Assembly (NCBI GenBank): GCA_037045145.1
Contig: JBAOIA010000011.1
Coordinates: 991,629 to 1,055,628 of the forward strand
Reading direction: 5' to 3'
Source: Bacteroidia bacterium
Lineage (GTDB): Bacteria; Bacteroidota; Bacteroidia; AKYH767-A; OLB10
Length of the DNA stretch: 64,000 nucleotides
In this document: positions 19,341 to 29,158 of the stretch, one piece after another
Layout of the letters: each line of letters starts with the position of its first letter
Position numbering within the stretch: position 1 is the stretch's first letter
Notes under the pieces: model-generated
Told to the model about the DNA's origin: nothing
Database searches by the model: none
What the model saw: only the letters and a program-made list of their open reading frames with translations
Translations under genes and position numbers: made by a program

Positions 19341-20156
19341 TTAAAAAGCATAACGCAAAGCCAATCCCGGACTGTAGCCTAATGGTTCAAAATAACCAGA
19401 GGTAAAGTCAGCATAAAATTGTGAAAACTTTAAACCGAAACCAAAGGTGAGCTGAACAGGTTCTGTGCTTACACCTCCACGAACATAAAGTGCTTTAACC
19501 GGATGATATTCGAGAGCAATTTTATAAGTTTCTTTTCTGTCAATAGATTTAAAAATTTCTACTGCTGCCAGAACTTTTTCAGAAAAAGAATAACTAATAC
19601 CTGCCTTGATAATTACAGGAATTCGTTCATCATCATAATCGGTAAGTTTTACATGTAGCGGATTAAAAATGTGGATGCCTGCTTTTAGTTTGTTAAACTC
19701 AGCCAGCACACCACCCTCAATTGTAAATGACGATTTGTTTCCATAGCCTTCATCAATGTGTGTGTTCAGATAATCTGCCTGAATTCCGGCACTGAATACA
19801 GGACTAAGTCTTTTAGCATAAGCCAACCCAATTTTATTCTGATTAAAAAGTTTGTATCCATAACGGTTGACACTCAGCGCAAATACGCCTTTGTTTTCTG
19901 ACAGAGGCAAGGCAAAAGCAGCAGAAAGTGTGTTGAGTTCTTTCATTCCAAAACGATTCTGAATAGCTAAACCAGTTTCAGGTTTTTCGAGCAGGGACAG
20001 GCAAGCCTGATTGTTGAACGCAGCAAAAACATCACTGATGGTAACAGCAGCATCGCTCATGGATGATGCCTTTGCACCTCCGGATGTAAGGTAGGATTGG
20101 GCAGGAGTGGTGTAGTAAAAAAATGTCAGTATTAGGAATGATAAAATTGACCTCAT
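19341..20156 (-). CDS. Outer-membrane beta-barrel protein, PorQ/PorV-like (possibly T9SS-associated)
   Basis: Signal peptide followed by a GGAKASSMSDAAVTISDVFAAFNNQACL motif, which resembles the conserved N-terminus of PorV/PorQ/FadL-like OMPs. 271 aa, ends in YAF. Immediately downstream of the HhH-barrel gene with a 3-bp gap. Confidence 0.4.
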   Translation of the reverse strand: MRSILSFLILTFFYYTTPAQSYLTSGGAKASSMSDAAVTISDVFAAFNNQACLSLLEKPETGLAIQNRFGMKELNTLSAAFALPLSENKGVFALSVNRYGYKLFNQNKIGLAYAKRLSPVFSAGIQADYLNTHIDEGYGNKSSFTIEGGVLAEFNKLKAGIHIFNPLHVKLTDYDDERIPVIIKAGISYSFSEKVLAAVEIFKSIDRKETYKIALEYHPVKALYVRGGVSTEPVQLTFGFGLKFSQFYADFTSGYFEPLGYSPGLALRYAF

Positions 20157-20330
20157 AAGCTTGAATTGACGAACTCAAACATAAGGCAAATAATGTAATT
20201 GTGCAACAAATTGTTTTTTATTCTGAAGAATCAATTTAATGATTCATTTTAAATATTTTAGATTTATAGTATGGAATAATATTTGTTTCTGAGGTTTAAA
20301 TTGTACTTTTGAAAATAGAATTTGTAAACT

Positions 20331-21143
20331 ATGAAAAAGGTTGTTTTGAACTTGATTTGTGCAATGCTTTTTTGCAACTTGAAGTCATTTTCACAGAATT
20401 GTGAACTGATATGTAATGGTGATTTTGAAAGCCCTTCGGTTATTTCGTCTCCTCATCTTGTAAGTAATTCTGCAATGAGTTGTTGGCAAACAACAGCGAC
20501 AGATAGCATTTTGGAATTATGGTATTCAGGTTTTCAAGGTGTTGTGTCTTACAGCGGTAATCAGTTTTTGGAAATCAATGCTAATGAAATGGCTAGTGTT
20601 TATCAGGAGGTGTATTTTTCAGCAGGAGATTTTTTAACCATTAGTTTTGCACACAGAGCAAGAGTTGGTGTTGATACTATGAGCGTTTCTTTAGGAACTC
20701 AAAATAATCTTCCTGTAGTTTTAGGATATTTTGCCGATAGTACTTCCTCATGGGGGTATTATGTAATCAACTACACAGTGCCAGCATCAGGTTATTATAG
20801 GGTTAGTTTTAACTCGGTTTATTCAGGAGGAAATTTGGCAAGTTTGGGGAATTTTATTGATGATGTATCAGTTTGTGCCTCGGCTGTTGGGTTTAAAGAA
20901 GTTAATCAAGCCGGATTGTTATTTGTAAAACAAAATCATATAAAAGGAAGTGTAACTATCCATGTTAAAGCTAATCAAAATGGTTTTTTAATGCTTTATG
21001 ATGCTTTGGGAAAGCAAGTGTATTCAATTCCCATAGACGAATCTAATATGATAATAGAGACAAATCCTTTACACTATGGAGTTTACATTGCTCAATTTGT
21101 TTCAAACAAGAATGTAATAACCAAGAAGTTTCTGGTTGATTAA
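20331..21143 (+). CDS. Small T9SS cargo protein: unknown beta-sandwich-like N-terminal domain plus a type-A C-terminal sorting domain
   Basis: Signal peptide. The N-terminal domain begins NCELICNGDFESP (similar to carbohydrate-binding-like DUF642/CBM beta-sandwich starts). The C-terminal approx. 80 aa match the Por CTD pattern. Confidence 0.55.
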   Translation: MKKVVLNLICAMLFCNLKSFSQNCELICNGDFESPSVISSPHLVSNSAMSCWQTTATDSILELWYSGFQGVVSYSGNQFLEINANEMASVYQEVYFSAGDFLTISFAHRARVGVDTMSVSLGTQNNLPVVLGYFADSTSSWGYYVINYTVPASGYYRVSFNSVYSGGNLASLGNFIDDVSVCASAVGFKEVNQAGLLFVKQNHIKGSVTIHVKANQNGFLMLYDALGKQVYSIPIDESNMIIETNPLHYGVYIAQFVSNKNVITKKFLVD

Positions 21144-21874
21144 ACAGGTTTTTCTGCAACAATAATTACTGAGCCTGCAATTTCTTTTAACAGAGGTGTT
21201 TTCTCTACAATTTTTCCAATAGTATCAACAGTAGAAATCAGGAAGCCGGGCACAACAGGATGTAAAAAGTCATACGGAAAAATATTTATTTGGTTAAATC
21301 CTATGTGTGCAAGCAGTTTACTAAATTCCCAACGGTTGATAGCAGTTTCATCTGGAGAATCGCCAAGCCATTTTTTAATAAATGGAATATTCTTTTGAAC
21401 AAAAATCTGAGGATTAATCATGTTAGGTTCAGCAAAAACCATACGCCCCCCTGGTTTTAAAACTCTGAGAATTTCATTAAGCGAGCGTTCGAATTCTAAA
21501 TGATGTAAAACGGAACTTCCAAAAACAACATCAAATGTATTAGCATCAAATTGAAGTTTCATGGCATCTGCCAAAACAAACTCCACTTCGGGATATTTCT
21601 CTTTTGCAACGTTTAGTAATTCGGGCGAAAGGTCAGTTGCAATGACTTTTGCTCCTGTCCGTTGATAAAACTTACCAGAGAAAAGTCCTGTTCCACAACC
21701 AATTTCTAATACAGTGCTGCTTTTATCTGCATGTGCATATTTAGCTATTAAATCTGCGCGTTTGTCAGCTCTTACTTTTCCGGCTGGGCTGTCCCAATTC
21801 CATATTGCTTCTGCGCCACCTTCCAGAAGCTTTTTGCCATGCTCTAATTCGTTTGAAATTCTATCGCTCATCAA
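21140..21874 (-). CDS. Class I SAM-dependent methyltransferase
   Basis: Motif I VLEIGCGTGLFSG and the post-motif region VFGSSVLHHL. Confidence 0.75.
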   Translation of the reverse strand: MMSDRISNELEHGKKLLEGGAEAIWNWDSPAGKVRADKRADLIAKYAHADKSSTVLEIGCGTGLFSGKFYQRTGAKVIATDLSPELLNVAKEKYPEVEFVLADAMKLQFDANTFDVVFGSSVLHHLEFERSLNEILRVLKPGGRMVFAEPNMINPQIFVQKNIPFIKKWLGDSPDETAINRWEFSKLLAHIGFNQINIFPYDFLHPVVPGFLISTVDTIGKIVEKTPLLKEIAGSVIIVAEKPV

Positions 21875-23538
21875 TATTTTATTTCATAAAGGTAAGAAGG
21901 CTCACTTGTTCCAACTTGCTTCACTAATTTTAATTTATCAGGATATTTCTGACCTACAGGCCCCATCATTCTATGTAATGTGTTGATGACATAGCCATCA
22001 TTCTTTTTCGGATTACGCCTTAAACTTGCAATCAACACATGTGTTACTTTATTCTCTTTTAACAATGCAAGTACAGAATCAGGGTCAGTGCTTGGTACAG
22101 TATAAATAGGGTAAAAAGATTTGCCGTTTGAATAAATAAATGACATTGGTGCTTTTCGTGAAACTACATAGGCCGTTTCGGGAAGACTGTCACCACAATA
22201 ACGACTTAGTTTTAAAAAGTTTGTCCAATCTTCAGTATAACCGTAATATATATCACCACCCATATTCTTTTTTAAAATAGGTAAATTGGCTAAAGACTTA
22301 TCAATTGTTTTTATCAGGCTGCTCATTATTATAATGATACTGACAATAAGAAAAACAAAGCTGCGCAGTGCAGGAGTGTTTTGAAAAGTATAGTAAAGTC
22401 CATAAAAAGTAATCATCAGTATAAATGGAACATAAACTAAGACCATACGCGGTTGATCCCATGAAGTTTGTAGAACAAAAAAAGTTAACCCTGCCATCAA
22501 CATTACATACAAAAAGGTAAATTGCATGATTCTGTTTTTATTCTTGAAGATAAAATACAAACCAATTCCAACAAAAACAAATGTAATCAATACTAGACCT
22601 GCATTAGTTTTTGTATTGTCCGATGAAACAAATCCTAAAATCTGATAAAGTCTTTTGCCAATATAAATACTTGTATTCGAAAAAAGTCTGTCAACAAATC
22701 CCCCAAAATCATCTACTCCTTTTGATGCATTGTAAGGGTCTTTCTGAATTAGAATCTGATACTGATTACTGAACTGATTTTGTGAACCCCAGATAAAAGA
22801 TTTTATTGTTTCGAATATTCCACGCACTACTACAAAAGAACCAAATGCATAAGCTAATTTTTTAAAATCGCGATTAAGAATAAAATATAGGGCTACTGCA
22901 GCAATTGCACCTACAGTGATATTTTTTGTTAAGGACAACAAGGTGAGAATTATCCCAAATATTAAATATTTAGCTAAAGGAATATTATCTTCTTTAGAGG
23001 CAATTAGAATGGGTCGTAGTGCGATAAATAACAAAGCTTGTAAAAAACAAAAGAATGCTTCTGAATAGGTTTGGCTTGCAAAGTATAAAAAGTAGCTGTT
23101 TATTCCGGTGAAAATTAATACAGCAAATAAGACAGAGTAAGGTATTAGTTTGCGAAATGCATAATATATTGCAGTTAAATTCAACAGACTAAATAAAATA
23201 GAAAGTGATTTAAGAATTGGCAGATTAATACCAAACAGACTAACCGGTAAGCTTAAAAATATCGGATAGAGTGGTGCTTTGGTACTGTAGTAACTTTTGA
23301 AGTCTTTGGTAAGTTTAAATGCACCTTCTATATAGTCAGAATCGTCATTGCCTTCACTCATCTTAATATCAAAGAGTAAAACTGAAAAAACCAATGATAT
23401 AAGCAGTATTGAAAAAAATATTAAAGTCTCATTTTTTACAAAAAAATTCTCAGGTTTTATTAAGGTTGTTTCACCTGATGGTTTATTAAAAGTTTTGTTG
23501 TTGTTTTTTTTAGCAACAACTTCTTTGTTTTTTTTCAT
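21871..23538 (-). CDS. Polytopic membrane protein, putative GT-C-type (PMT/ArnT-like, GT39/83) glycosyltransferase
   Basis: 555 aa with more than 10 TM segments, an N-terminal cytoplasmic Lys-rich tail and a C-terminal soluble domain. Overlaps the methyltransferase gene by 4 bp. The family assignment is tentative. Confidence 0.4.
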   Translation of the reverse strand: MKKNKEVVAKKNNNKTFNKPSGETTLIKPENFFVKNETLIFFSILLISLVFSVLLFDIKMSEGNDDSDYIEGAFKLTKDFKSYYSTKAPLYPIFLSLPVSLFGINLPILKSLSILFSLLNLTAIYYAFRKLIPYSVLFAVLIFTGINSYFLYFASQTYSEAFFCFLQALLFIALRPILIASKEDNIPLAKYLIFGIILTLLSLTKNITVGAIAAVALYFILNRDFKKLAYAFGSFVVVRGIFETIKSFIWGSQNQFSNQYQILIQKDPYNASKGVDDFGGFVDRLFSNTSIYIGKRLYQILGFVSSDNTKTNAGLVLITFVFVGIGLYFIFKNKNRIMQFTFLYVMLMAGLTFFVLQTSWDQPRMVLVYVPFILMITFYGLYYTFQNTPALRSFVFLIVSIIIIMSSLIKTIDKSLANLPILKKNMGGDIYYGYTEDWTNFLKLSRYCGDSLPETAYVVSRKAPMSFIYSNGKSFYPIYTVPSTDPDSVLALLKENKVTHVLIASLRRNPKKNDGYVINTLHRMMGPVGQKYPDKLKLVKQVGTSEPSYLYEIKY

Positions 23539-23556
23539 TTCATTGCATTGAAAATT

Positions 23557-24210
23557 TTACACAAACTTCTTAGCATCGGCCAGAAATTTTTCAAGCCCGA
23601 TGTCTGTCAAAGGATGTTTTAATAAATCGGTAATGGCTGTCAACGGACAAGTAGCTACATCAGCACCCAACTTAGCACAGTTTATAATGTGCATGGCATG
23701 GCGGATGCTGGCCGCAAGAATTTGTGTGTGAAAACCATAGTTGTCATAAATCTGCCGGATTTCACTAATTAGTTGCAAGCCATCGGTACTCACATCATCC
23801 AGGCGGCCAATAAATGGCGAAACATAGGTGGCGCCTGCTTTGGCAGCAAGCAATGCCTGTCCTGCAGAAAAAACTAAAGTACAATTGGTCTTTATTCCTT
23901 TTGAAGTAAAATAGTGAATGGCTTTTATCCCATCTTTTATCATAGGCACTTTAACAACTATCTGCTCATGCAATTTGGCTAATTCTTCACCTTCTGCAAC
24001 AATGCCGTCATAATTAGTGGCAATAACTTCAGCGCTGATGTCGCCTTTTACTATGTTACAGATGTCAACGTAATGTTTCATTACAGCTGCTTTTCCTTTT
24101 ATTCCTTCTTTAGCCATCAATGATGGATTTGTTGTTACACCATCGAGTACGCCTAAATCATTTGCTTCTTTTATCTGTGCCAGATTGGCTGTGTCTATAA
24201 AAAATTTCAT
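23557..24210 (-). CDS. fsa: Fructose-6-phosphate aldolase / transaldolase family protein
   Basis: MKFFIDTANLAQIKEANDLGVLDGVTTNPSL; about 217 aa, as in the Tal/FsaA short family. Confidence 0.85.
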   Translation of the reverse strand: MKFFIDTANLAQIKEANDLGVLDGVTTNPSLMAKEGIKGKAAVMKHYVDICNIVKGDISAEVIATNYDGIVAEGEELAKLHEQIVVKVPMIKDGIKAIHYFTSKGIKTNCTLVFSAGQALLAAKAGATYVSPFIGRLDDVSTDGLQLISEIRQIYDNYGFHTQILAASIRHAMHIINCAKLGADVATCPLTAITDLLKHPLTDIGLEKFLADAKKFV

Positions 24211-24234
24211 CTTTTTATTTGTTTGATATTCGAG

Positions 24235-24804
24235 TTATTTATCTATTGCTTTACACAAAAGATTAAAAATTTCATCAATACTTCCAATGCCATTAATACC
24301 GTAATATTTATTCTGCTTACGATAATAGTCTGCAACCGGAGCTGTTTTATTGTTGTATTCGTTAATACGCTTTTTAATAATTTCAGGATTTTGGTCATCC
24401 GGACGACCGGAATCTTTTCCACGTAACAATAAGCGCTTCGATAATTCAGTTTCTGTTACTTCTAATGCAAGCATCATTGAAATTGAAGTGTCTTTTTGCT
24501 CTAATAAATTATCGAGTGCCGATGCTTGCGCAGAAGTTCGTGGAAAACCATCGAAAATAAACCCTTTGGCTATCGGGTTGGCGTCAAGTTTTGATTCTAT
24601 CATACCTATAACAACTTCATCAGGCACTAATATACCTTGGTCCATTAGCTTTTTAGCTTCAAGGCCTAATTTGGTTTGTGCTGCAATTTCATTTCGAAGC
24701 AAATCACCGGTTGATAAATGTATGAGGCCATATTGCTGAATAAGTTTTTCTGCCTGTGTTCCTTTGCCTGCACCCGGAGGACCAAATAATACAATGTTGA
24801 GCAT
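24235..24804 (-). CDS. adk: Adenylate kinase
   Basis: P-loop FGPPGAGKGTQAEKL and the LID region ...RPDD... Confidence 0.92.
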   Translation of the reverse strand: MLNIVLFGPPGAGKGTQAEKLIQQYGLIHLSTGDLLRNEIAAQTKLGLEAKKLMDQGILVPDEVVIGMIESKLDANPIAKGFIFDGFPRTSAQASALDNLLEQKDTSISMMLALEVTETELSKRLLLRGKDSGRPDDQNPEIIKKRINEYNNKTAPVADYYRKQNKYYGINGIGSIDEIFNLLCKAIDK

Positions 24805-24849
24805 GTTAATAATTTAAAGAGGTTTTGGTAATAAATTTCTCATTGTGTT

Positions 24850-25392
24850 TTATTCTTTTAGAACATATATGTCCTGAAGATTTCGTCCATAGCCATCATA
24901 GTCTAAGCCATAACCTACAACAAATGCAGGTGGAATTTCAAACCCTGCATAGTCAACTGCAACTTGCTTCTTTAATGCCTGTGGTTTAAAAAGTAGTGTT
25001 GCCAGTTTAACCGATGCAGGTTGATGTTTGGATATTTCCTGCATCAGATAGGAAACTGTCTCACCGGTATCAACAATATCTTCAACAATGATAACGTGTC
25101 TGTTGTTTATATTTCCCGAAAGACCAACTACATTTTTCATTTGCCCGGTAGATTCTGTTCCGCTGTAGGATGAAACACGGATAAAAGAAATTTCGCAGGG
25201 CGTCTCAATGTTGCGGAATAAATCTGCCATAAAAAGGAAAGCACCATTAAGCACACCAATAAACACCGGGTTTTTGTCTTTATATTCAGCATTCAAATCG
25301 CGTGCAATTTCCAGAATTCTGGTTTCTATCTGCTTTCGCGGAATCATGATTGTGAATGTTTTATCTAGTATGGTAACTTCGCTCATTGCCAT
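24850..25392 (-). CDS. hpt: Hypoxanthine(-guanine) phosphoribosyltransferase
   Basis: PRPP-binding motif VIIVEDIVDTGETVS; 180 aa. Confidence 0.9.
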   Translation of the reverse strand: MAMSEVTILDKTFTIMIPRKQIETRILEIARDLNAEYKDKNPVFIGVLNGAFLFMADLFRNIETPCEISFIRVSSYSGTESTGQMKNVVGLSGNINNRHVIIVEDIVDTGETVSYLMQEISKHQPASVKLATLLFKPQALKKQVAVDYAGFEIPPAFVVGYGLDYDGYGRNLQDIYVLKE

Positions 25393-25512
25393 TTTTTTGA
25401 GTGCCGCTAAAGTAAAAATAAATTCCCTATGGCAGATGGAGTTTCTATTCTTAACTTAATTTGTTTTCATTGCTATAGGTTCTTTATTTTTGTTAAATAA
25501 ATAGCGTTAATT

Positions 25513-26643
25513 ATGAATACGTTCAATCCCAATATTGTTATCGGTGTTTTAGGTGGTGGGCAACTTGGCAGAATGTTGTTGCAAAAAGCTGCCGATTACA
25601 ATCTTTCTATTCATGTGCTTGACCCTGACGAGTCTGCACCTTGCCGCTATATGTGCAAAACATTTGAACATGGCGACTTTGGCGATTATCAGGCTGTCAT
25701 GGCTTTTGGTAATGATTGTGATATTATTACCATTGAAATAGAACATGTAAACATTGAAGCTTTGTACGAACTGGAAAAACTGGGAAAAAAAGTATATCCT
25801 CAACCTCAAATCCTTGAAATGGTTCAGGATAAAGGCCTTCAGAAAGAGTTTTATCAGAAAAATAATTTACCTACAGCGCCATTTTATTTAGTAGAAAAAC
25901 CTGAACAGATAAAGCATGAGTTTCCATTTGTTCAAAAACTTCGCAAGGGTGGTTATGATGGAAAAGGTGTGCTGGTTGTTAATGATGCAGCGGACATGAG
26001 TCGGATATTCGAGGCACCAAGTGTAATAGAAGATAAAGTAGCTATTGCCGCAGAAATAGCAGTAATTACAGCAAGAAATAATTCAGGAGAAATAAAATCA
26101 TATCCTGTTGTAGAAATGCAGTTTAATACAGAAGCTAATTTAGTTGAATTACTTTTTTCTCCTGCAAAAACTTCAGCAAGTCTGCAGCAGAAGGCAATTT
26201 CAATAGCAGAAAATTTAATCAGTAAGCTGAATATGGTTGGGCTACTTGCTGTAGAGATGTTTGTTACAAAAGAAGGGCAAGTGCTGATTAATGAAATTGC
26301 ACCACGACCACACAACAGCGGACATCATACCATTGAAGCCAATCATACTTCGCAATTCGAGCAACTTCTTAGGGCTATTCTCAATTTACCACTTGGAAAC
26401 ACAGCAACTGTTTTGCCTGCTGCAATGGTTAACCTTTTAGGAGATAAAGATTCTAATGGTAAGGCAATTTATTCCGGTGTGCAGGAGGTATTAAACATTG
26501 GTGATGTTCACATACATTTATATGGTAAGAAAATCACCAAGCCGTATCGTAAAATGGGGCATGTAACTGTAACGGCAGCTACTGTTGACGAGGCAATTTT
26601 AAAAGCCCAAAAAGTTCGTTCGCAGTTAAAAGTAATCAGTTAA
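25513..26643 (+). CDS. purK: N5-carboxyaminoimidazole ribonucleotide synthase (PurK)
   Basis: IGVLGGGQLGRML at the N-terminus and an ATP-grasp core. Confidence 0.9.
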   Translation: MNTFNPNIVIGVLGGGQLGRMLLQKAADYNLSIHVLDPDESAPCRYMCKTFEHGDFGDYQAVMAFGNDCDIITIEIEHVNIEALYELEKLGKKVYPQPQILEMVQDKGLQKEFYQKNNLPTAPFYLVEKPEQIKHEFPFVQKLRKGGYDGKGVLVVNDAADMSRIFEAPSVIEDKVAIAAEIAVITARNNSGEIKSYPVVEMQFNTEANLVELLFSPAKTSASLQQKAISIAENLISKLNMVGLLAVEMFVTKEGQVLINEIAPRPHNSGHHTIEANHTSQFEQLLRAILNLPLGNTATVLPAAMVNLLGDKDSNGKAIYSGVQEVLNIGDVHIHLYGKKITKPYRKMGHVTVTAATVDEAILKAQKVRSQLKVIS

Positions 26644-27454
26644 AATAAAGTGTTCGGAAGCCAAGGTCGTTGCCTGTAATTTTTTTGTACTCTTTCAACA
26701 ACTGCTTATGAATTGCAGAGTCTGCTTCTTGTCCTTCAATCAACAACATCTCGTTGCTGAGTTTGATTGCAGAAAGATTGTTTTTTATGAGGCCATTTTC
26801 TTTTAATGTCGAAAACATGTAATCAACAAATTTCTTGTTTGCTGCATTCTCTTTATTAATACCCATTGAGCTTTTTGCTGCCATGGCTTCGGCTACTTCA
26901 TTTTGATATTTTGACCATTCAGACTTCTCTACCTCTTTACCATTAAGAACAATTCGTTCAACATCATCACTTATCGAGATTTTAAATGCTCCGGTTTCAT
27001 TATTAATATTCACTGTTTGTGTTTCAACAATGTAATTATCATTTGCGCCTACAGCATGTGTCACTTTATTTTTTATCGGAGTAGGATTGGTGATTTCAGT
27101 TTTTGTTGAAGATGTTACTGCTTCAATGTTTTCGTCTTTTGACTGAGGTTGTTCAACGGTAGCAGCAGGTTGTGTTTCTGTTGCCTGCACGGCAGGTTGT
27201 TCTGTTTGCACTGTATTTTCCTGAGAGGGCTCTGCGTTTTGCTGACCTTGATTTTGAATTAAAAAATAAACTCCTCCTCCTACAACGGCAAGTGTTGCAA
27301 CAGCAATAACAGGCTTTAGCCATTTCATGTAAATCGAAGTGGTTTCTTTCCCTTCAACTTCTTTGTTAAATTGTTCTATGCTTTCATCCAGCGAGACTAC
27401 TGGTTCTGCATTTCTTGCTGCATCGAACAATTTATTCATTTTGTTATTTTCCAT
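26636..27454 (-). CDS. Putative anti-sigma factor: single-pass membrane protein downstream of the ECF sigma gene
   Basis: About 50-aa cytoplasmic N-terminus, one TM (PVIAVATLAVVGGGVYFLI), a Q/E/T-rich linker and a C-terminal periplasmic domain. Lies 21 bp downstream of the sigma gene. Confidence 0.5.
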   Translation of the reverse strand: MENNKMNKLFDAARNAEPVVSLDESIEQFNKEVEGKETTSIYMKWLKPVIAVATLAVVGGGVYFLIQNQGQQNAEPSQENTVQTEQPAVQATETQPAATVEQPQSKDENIEAVTSSTKTEITNPTPIKNKVTHAVGANDNYIVETQTVNINNETGAFKISISDDVERIVLNGKEVEKSEWSKYQNEVAEAMAAKSSMGINKENAANKKFVDYMFSTLKENGLIKNNLSAIKLSNEMLLIEGQEADSAIHKQLLKEYKKITGNDLGFRTLYFN

Positions 27455-27475
27455 GGTAAAAAAAGTAATTTACAA

Positions 27476-28039
27476 TTATACAATTTCTTCTTCTAATATT
27501 TTTTTAAGTGACTCACGTGCCCGGGCAATCCTGCTTTTCACAGCAGAAAGACTATCTCCCTGAATTTGTTGAATTTCTGATAATGATAGCCCGGAGATTT
27601 CAAACAACACTATGGCTTCTTTCTGTTTTAACGGCAATTGATCTAAGGCATTATACAATTCATTTAGCTGAACTTTACTGTCGGCACCGGTATGATCATC
27701 ACTCACTTGCTCTGCTTGTTCCGGGTCAAAGGCTGTATAGATTTGCTTTTTTTTATCCTGAAGCTTATAAACCAACCTGCTTGAAACGGTAAACAAATAG
27801 CTCAATAATGCATCTTTATGGCGAATGGTTTCAAACTTTTCATAAGCTACCAACATTGTCTCTGCAACAATATCTTTTACATCCTCCCGGTTATATACCA
27901 TAGACTGCACAAAGCGAACCAACTTATCATGTAATAGTTGATAGGCATCTGTGAAGGCTTTCTGCTTTCCCGAAATTTTCTCCTGACCGCTCATCCATTT
28001 AGTGTAATGTAAGTGCGTTTTTTCTTCAAAAAGTTGCAC
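27476..28039 (-). CDS. RNA polymerase sigma-70 family ECF sigma factor
   Basis: Region 2 (...IVAETMLVAYEKFETI...) and a region-4 HTH (QKEAIVLFEISGLSLSEIQQIQGDSLSAVKSRIARARESL). Confidence 0.85.
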   Translation of the reverse strand: MQLFEEKTHLHYTKWMSGQEKISGKQKAFTDAYQLLHDKLVRFVQSMVYNREDVKDIVAETMLVAYEKFETIRHKDALLSYLFTVSSRLVYKLQDKKKQIYTAFDPEQAEQVSDDHTGADSKVQLNELYNALDQLPLKQKEAIVLFEISGLSLSEIQQIQGDSLSAVKSRIARARESLKKILEEEIV

Positions 28040-28103
28040 ACTTGATAAAATAATTTTAATGGTCTAAAAATAAGAATAATTTTACGGCCACAAAATGTGC
28101 TGT

Positions 28104-29051
28104 ATGCAGGCTTTATCATCAACAAACTTTAAATTTCAGGGACAAACGGCTTTTTATAAAGGCAAGGTCAGAGATGTCTATTCTATTGATAACAAATGGC
28201 TTGTAATGGTTGTTACAGATCGTGTTTCGGCATTTGATGTGGTTTTACCACGTGCTATTCCTTTTAAAGGGGCAGTTTTAAATCAGATAGCTGCTCATTT
28301 TATGCGGGCAACAGCCGATTTAGTACCCAATTGGATTGTTGATATCCCTGATGTTCAGGTATCTATAGGTATTCCTTGCAAACCTTTGAAAGTAGAGATG
28401 GTTATCAGAGGATATCTTTCAGGTCATGCCTGGCGTGAATACAAACAGGGAAAGAGAATTTTATGTGGTGTTAAATTACCCGATGGATTGAATGAAAGTG
28501 ATGCCTTGCCTGAGCCAATAATAACTCCTACCACAAAAGCTGCTCATGGTCATGATCAGGACATCAGCAGAGAAGAAATAATTAAACAAGGTATTGTAGA
28601 TGCTACGGTTTATGAGCAGGCAGAACTCTATACCAGAAAATTGTTTCAAAGAGGCTCGGAGATGGCTGCACAGCGTGGGTTGATTTTAGTAGATACAAAA
28701 TATGAATTTGGAGTTCATCAGGACAAGGTTTATCTGATTGATGAAATCCATACACCCGATTCGTCACGATATTTTTATGCAGATGGTTATGCAGAAAGAC
28801 AAAAACTCGGGCAACCTCAAAAACAATTGTCAAAAGAATTTTTGAGGCAATGGCTTATTGAAAATAATTTTCAGGGATTAGCAGGACAGACAGTTCCTGA
28901 AATGTCTGACGAAATTGTTCAGATGGTATCGGAGCGTTATATTGAGTTGTATGAAAATATTACAGGGGTGAAATTTATGAAGCCTTCACTGGAACAAATA
29001 GAAGATAGGATTTTTAATAACATCAATAAGGCATTGCATAAATTGGATTAG
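28104..29051 (+). CDS. purC: Phosphoribosylaminoimidazole-succinocarboxamide synthase (SAICAR synthetase)
   Basis: [11 protein letters not shown]...[14 protein letters not shown]. The likely start is MQALSS at 28104; the ORF track begins at 28095. Confidence 0.9.
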   Translation: MQALSSTNFKFQGQTAFYKGKVRDVYSIDNKWLVMVVTDRVSAFDVVLPRAIPFKGAVLNQIAAHFMRATADLVPNWIVDIPDVQVSIGIPCKPLKVEMVIRGYLSGHAWREYKQGKRILCGVKLPDGLNESDALPEPIITPTTKAAHGHDQDISREEIIKQGIVDATVYEQAELYTRKLFQRGSEMAAQRGLILVDTKYEFGVHQDKVYLIDEIHTPDSSRYFYADGYAERQKLGQPQKQLSKEFLRQWLIENNFQGLAGQTVPEMSDEIVQMVSERYIELYENITGVKFMKPSLEQIEDRIFNNINKALHKLD

Positions 29052-29158
29052 ATTAGTTTTCTCTGAAGAAACAAGCGTTACTCTAAAAGTAATTACTAAT
29101 AGTGAAAACATGGTTTAAAAAAAGTATTACTTTTACTATTGATTAAAAAAATGTATTT

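Noticed and set aside
24223-25809. ORFs 24223..24426(+), 24350..24739(+), 25208..25459(+), 25549..25809(-), 25553..25741(+), 25953..26315(-)
   Set aside because: They overlap adk, hpt and purK on the opposite strand or in another frame, with no support.
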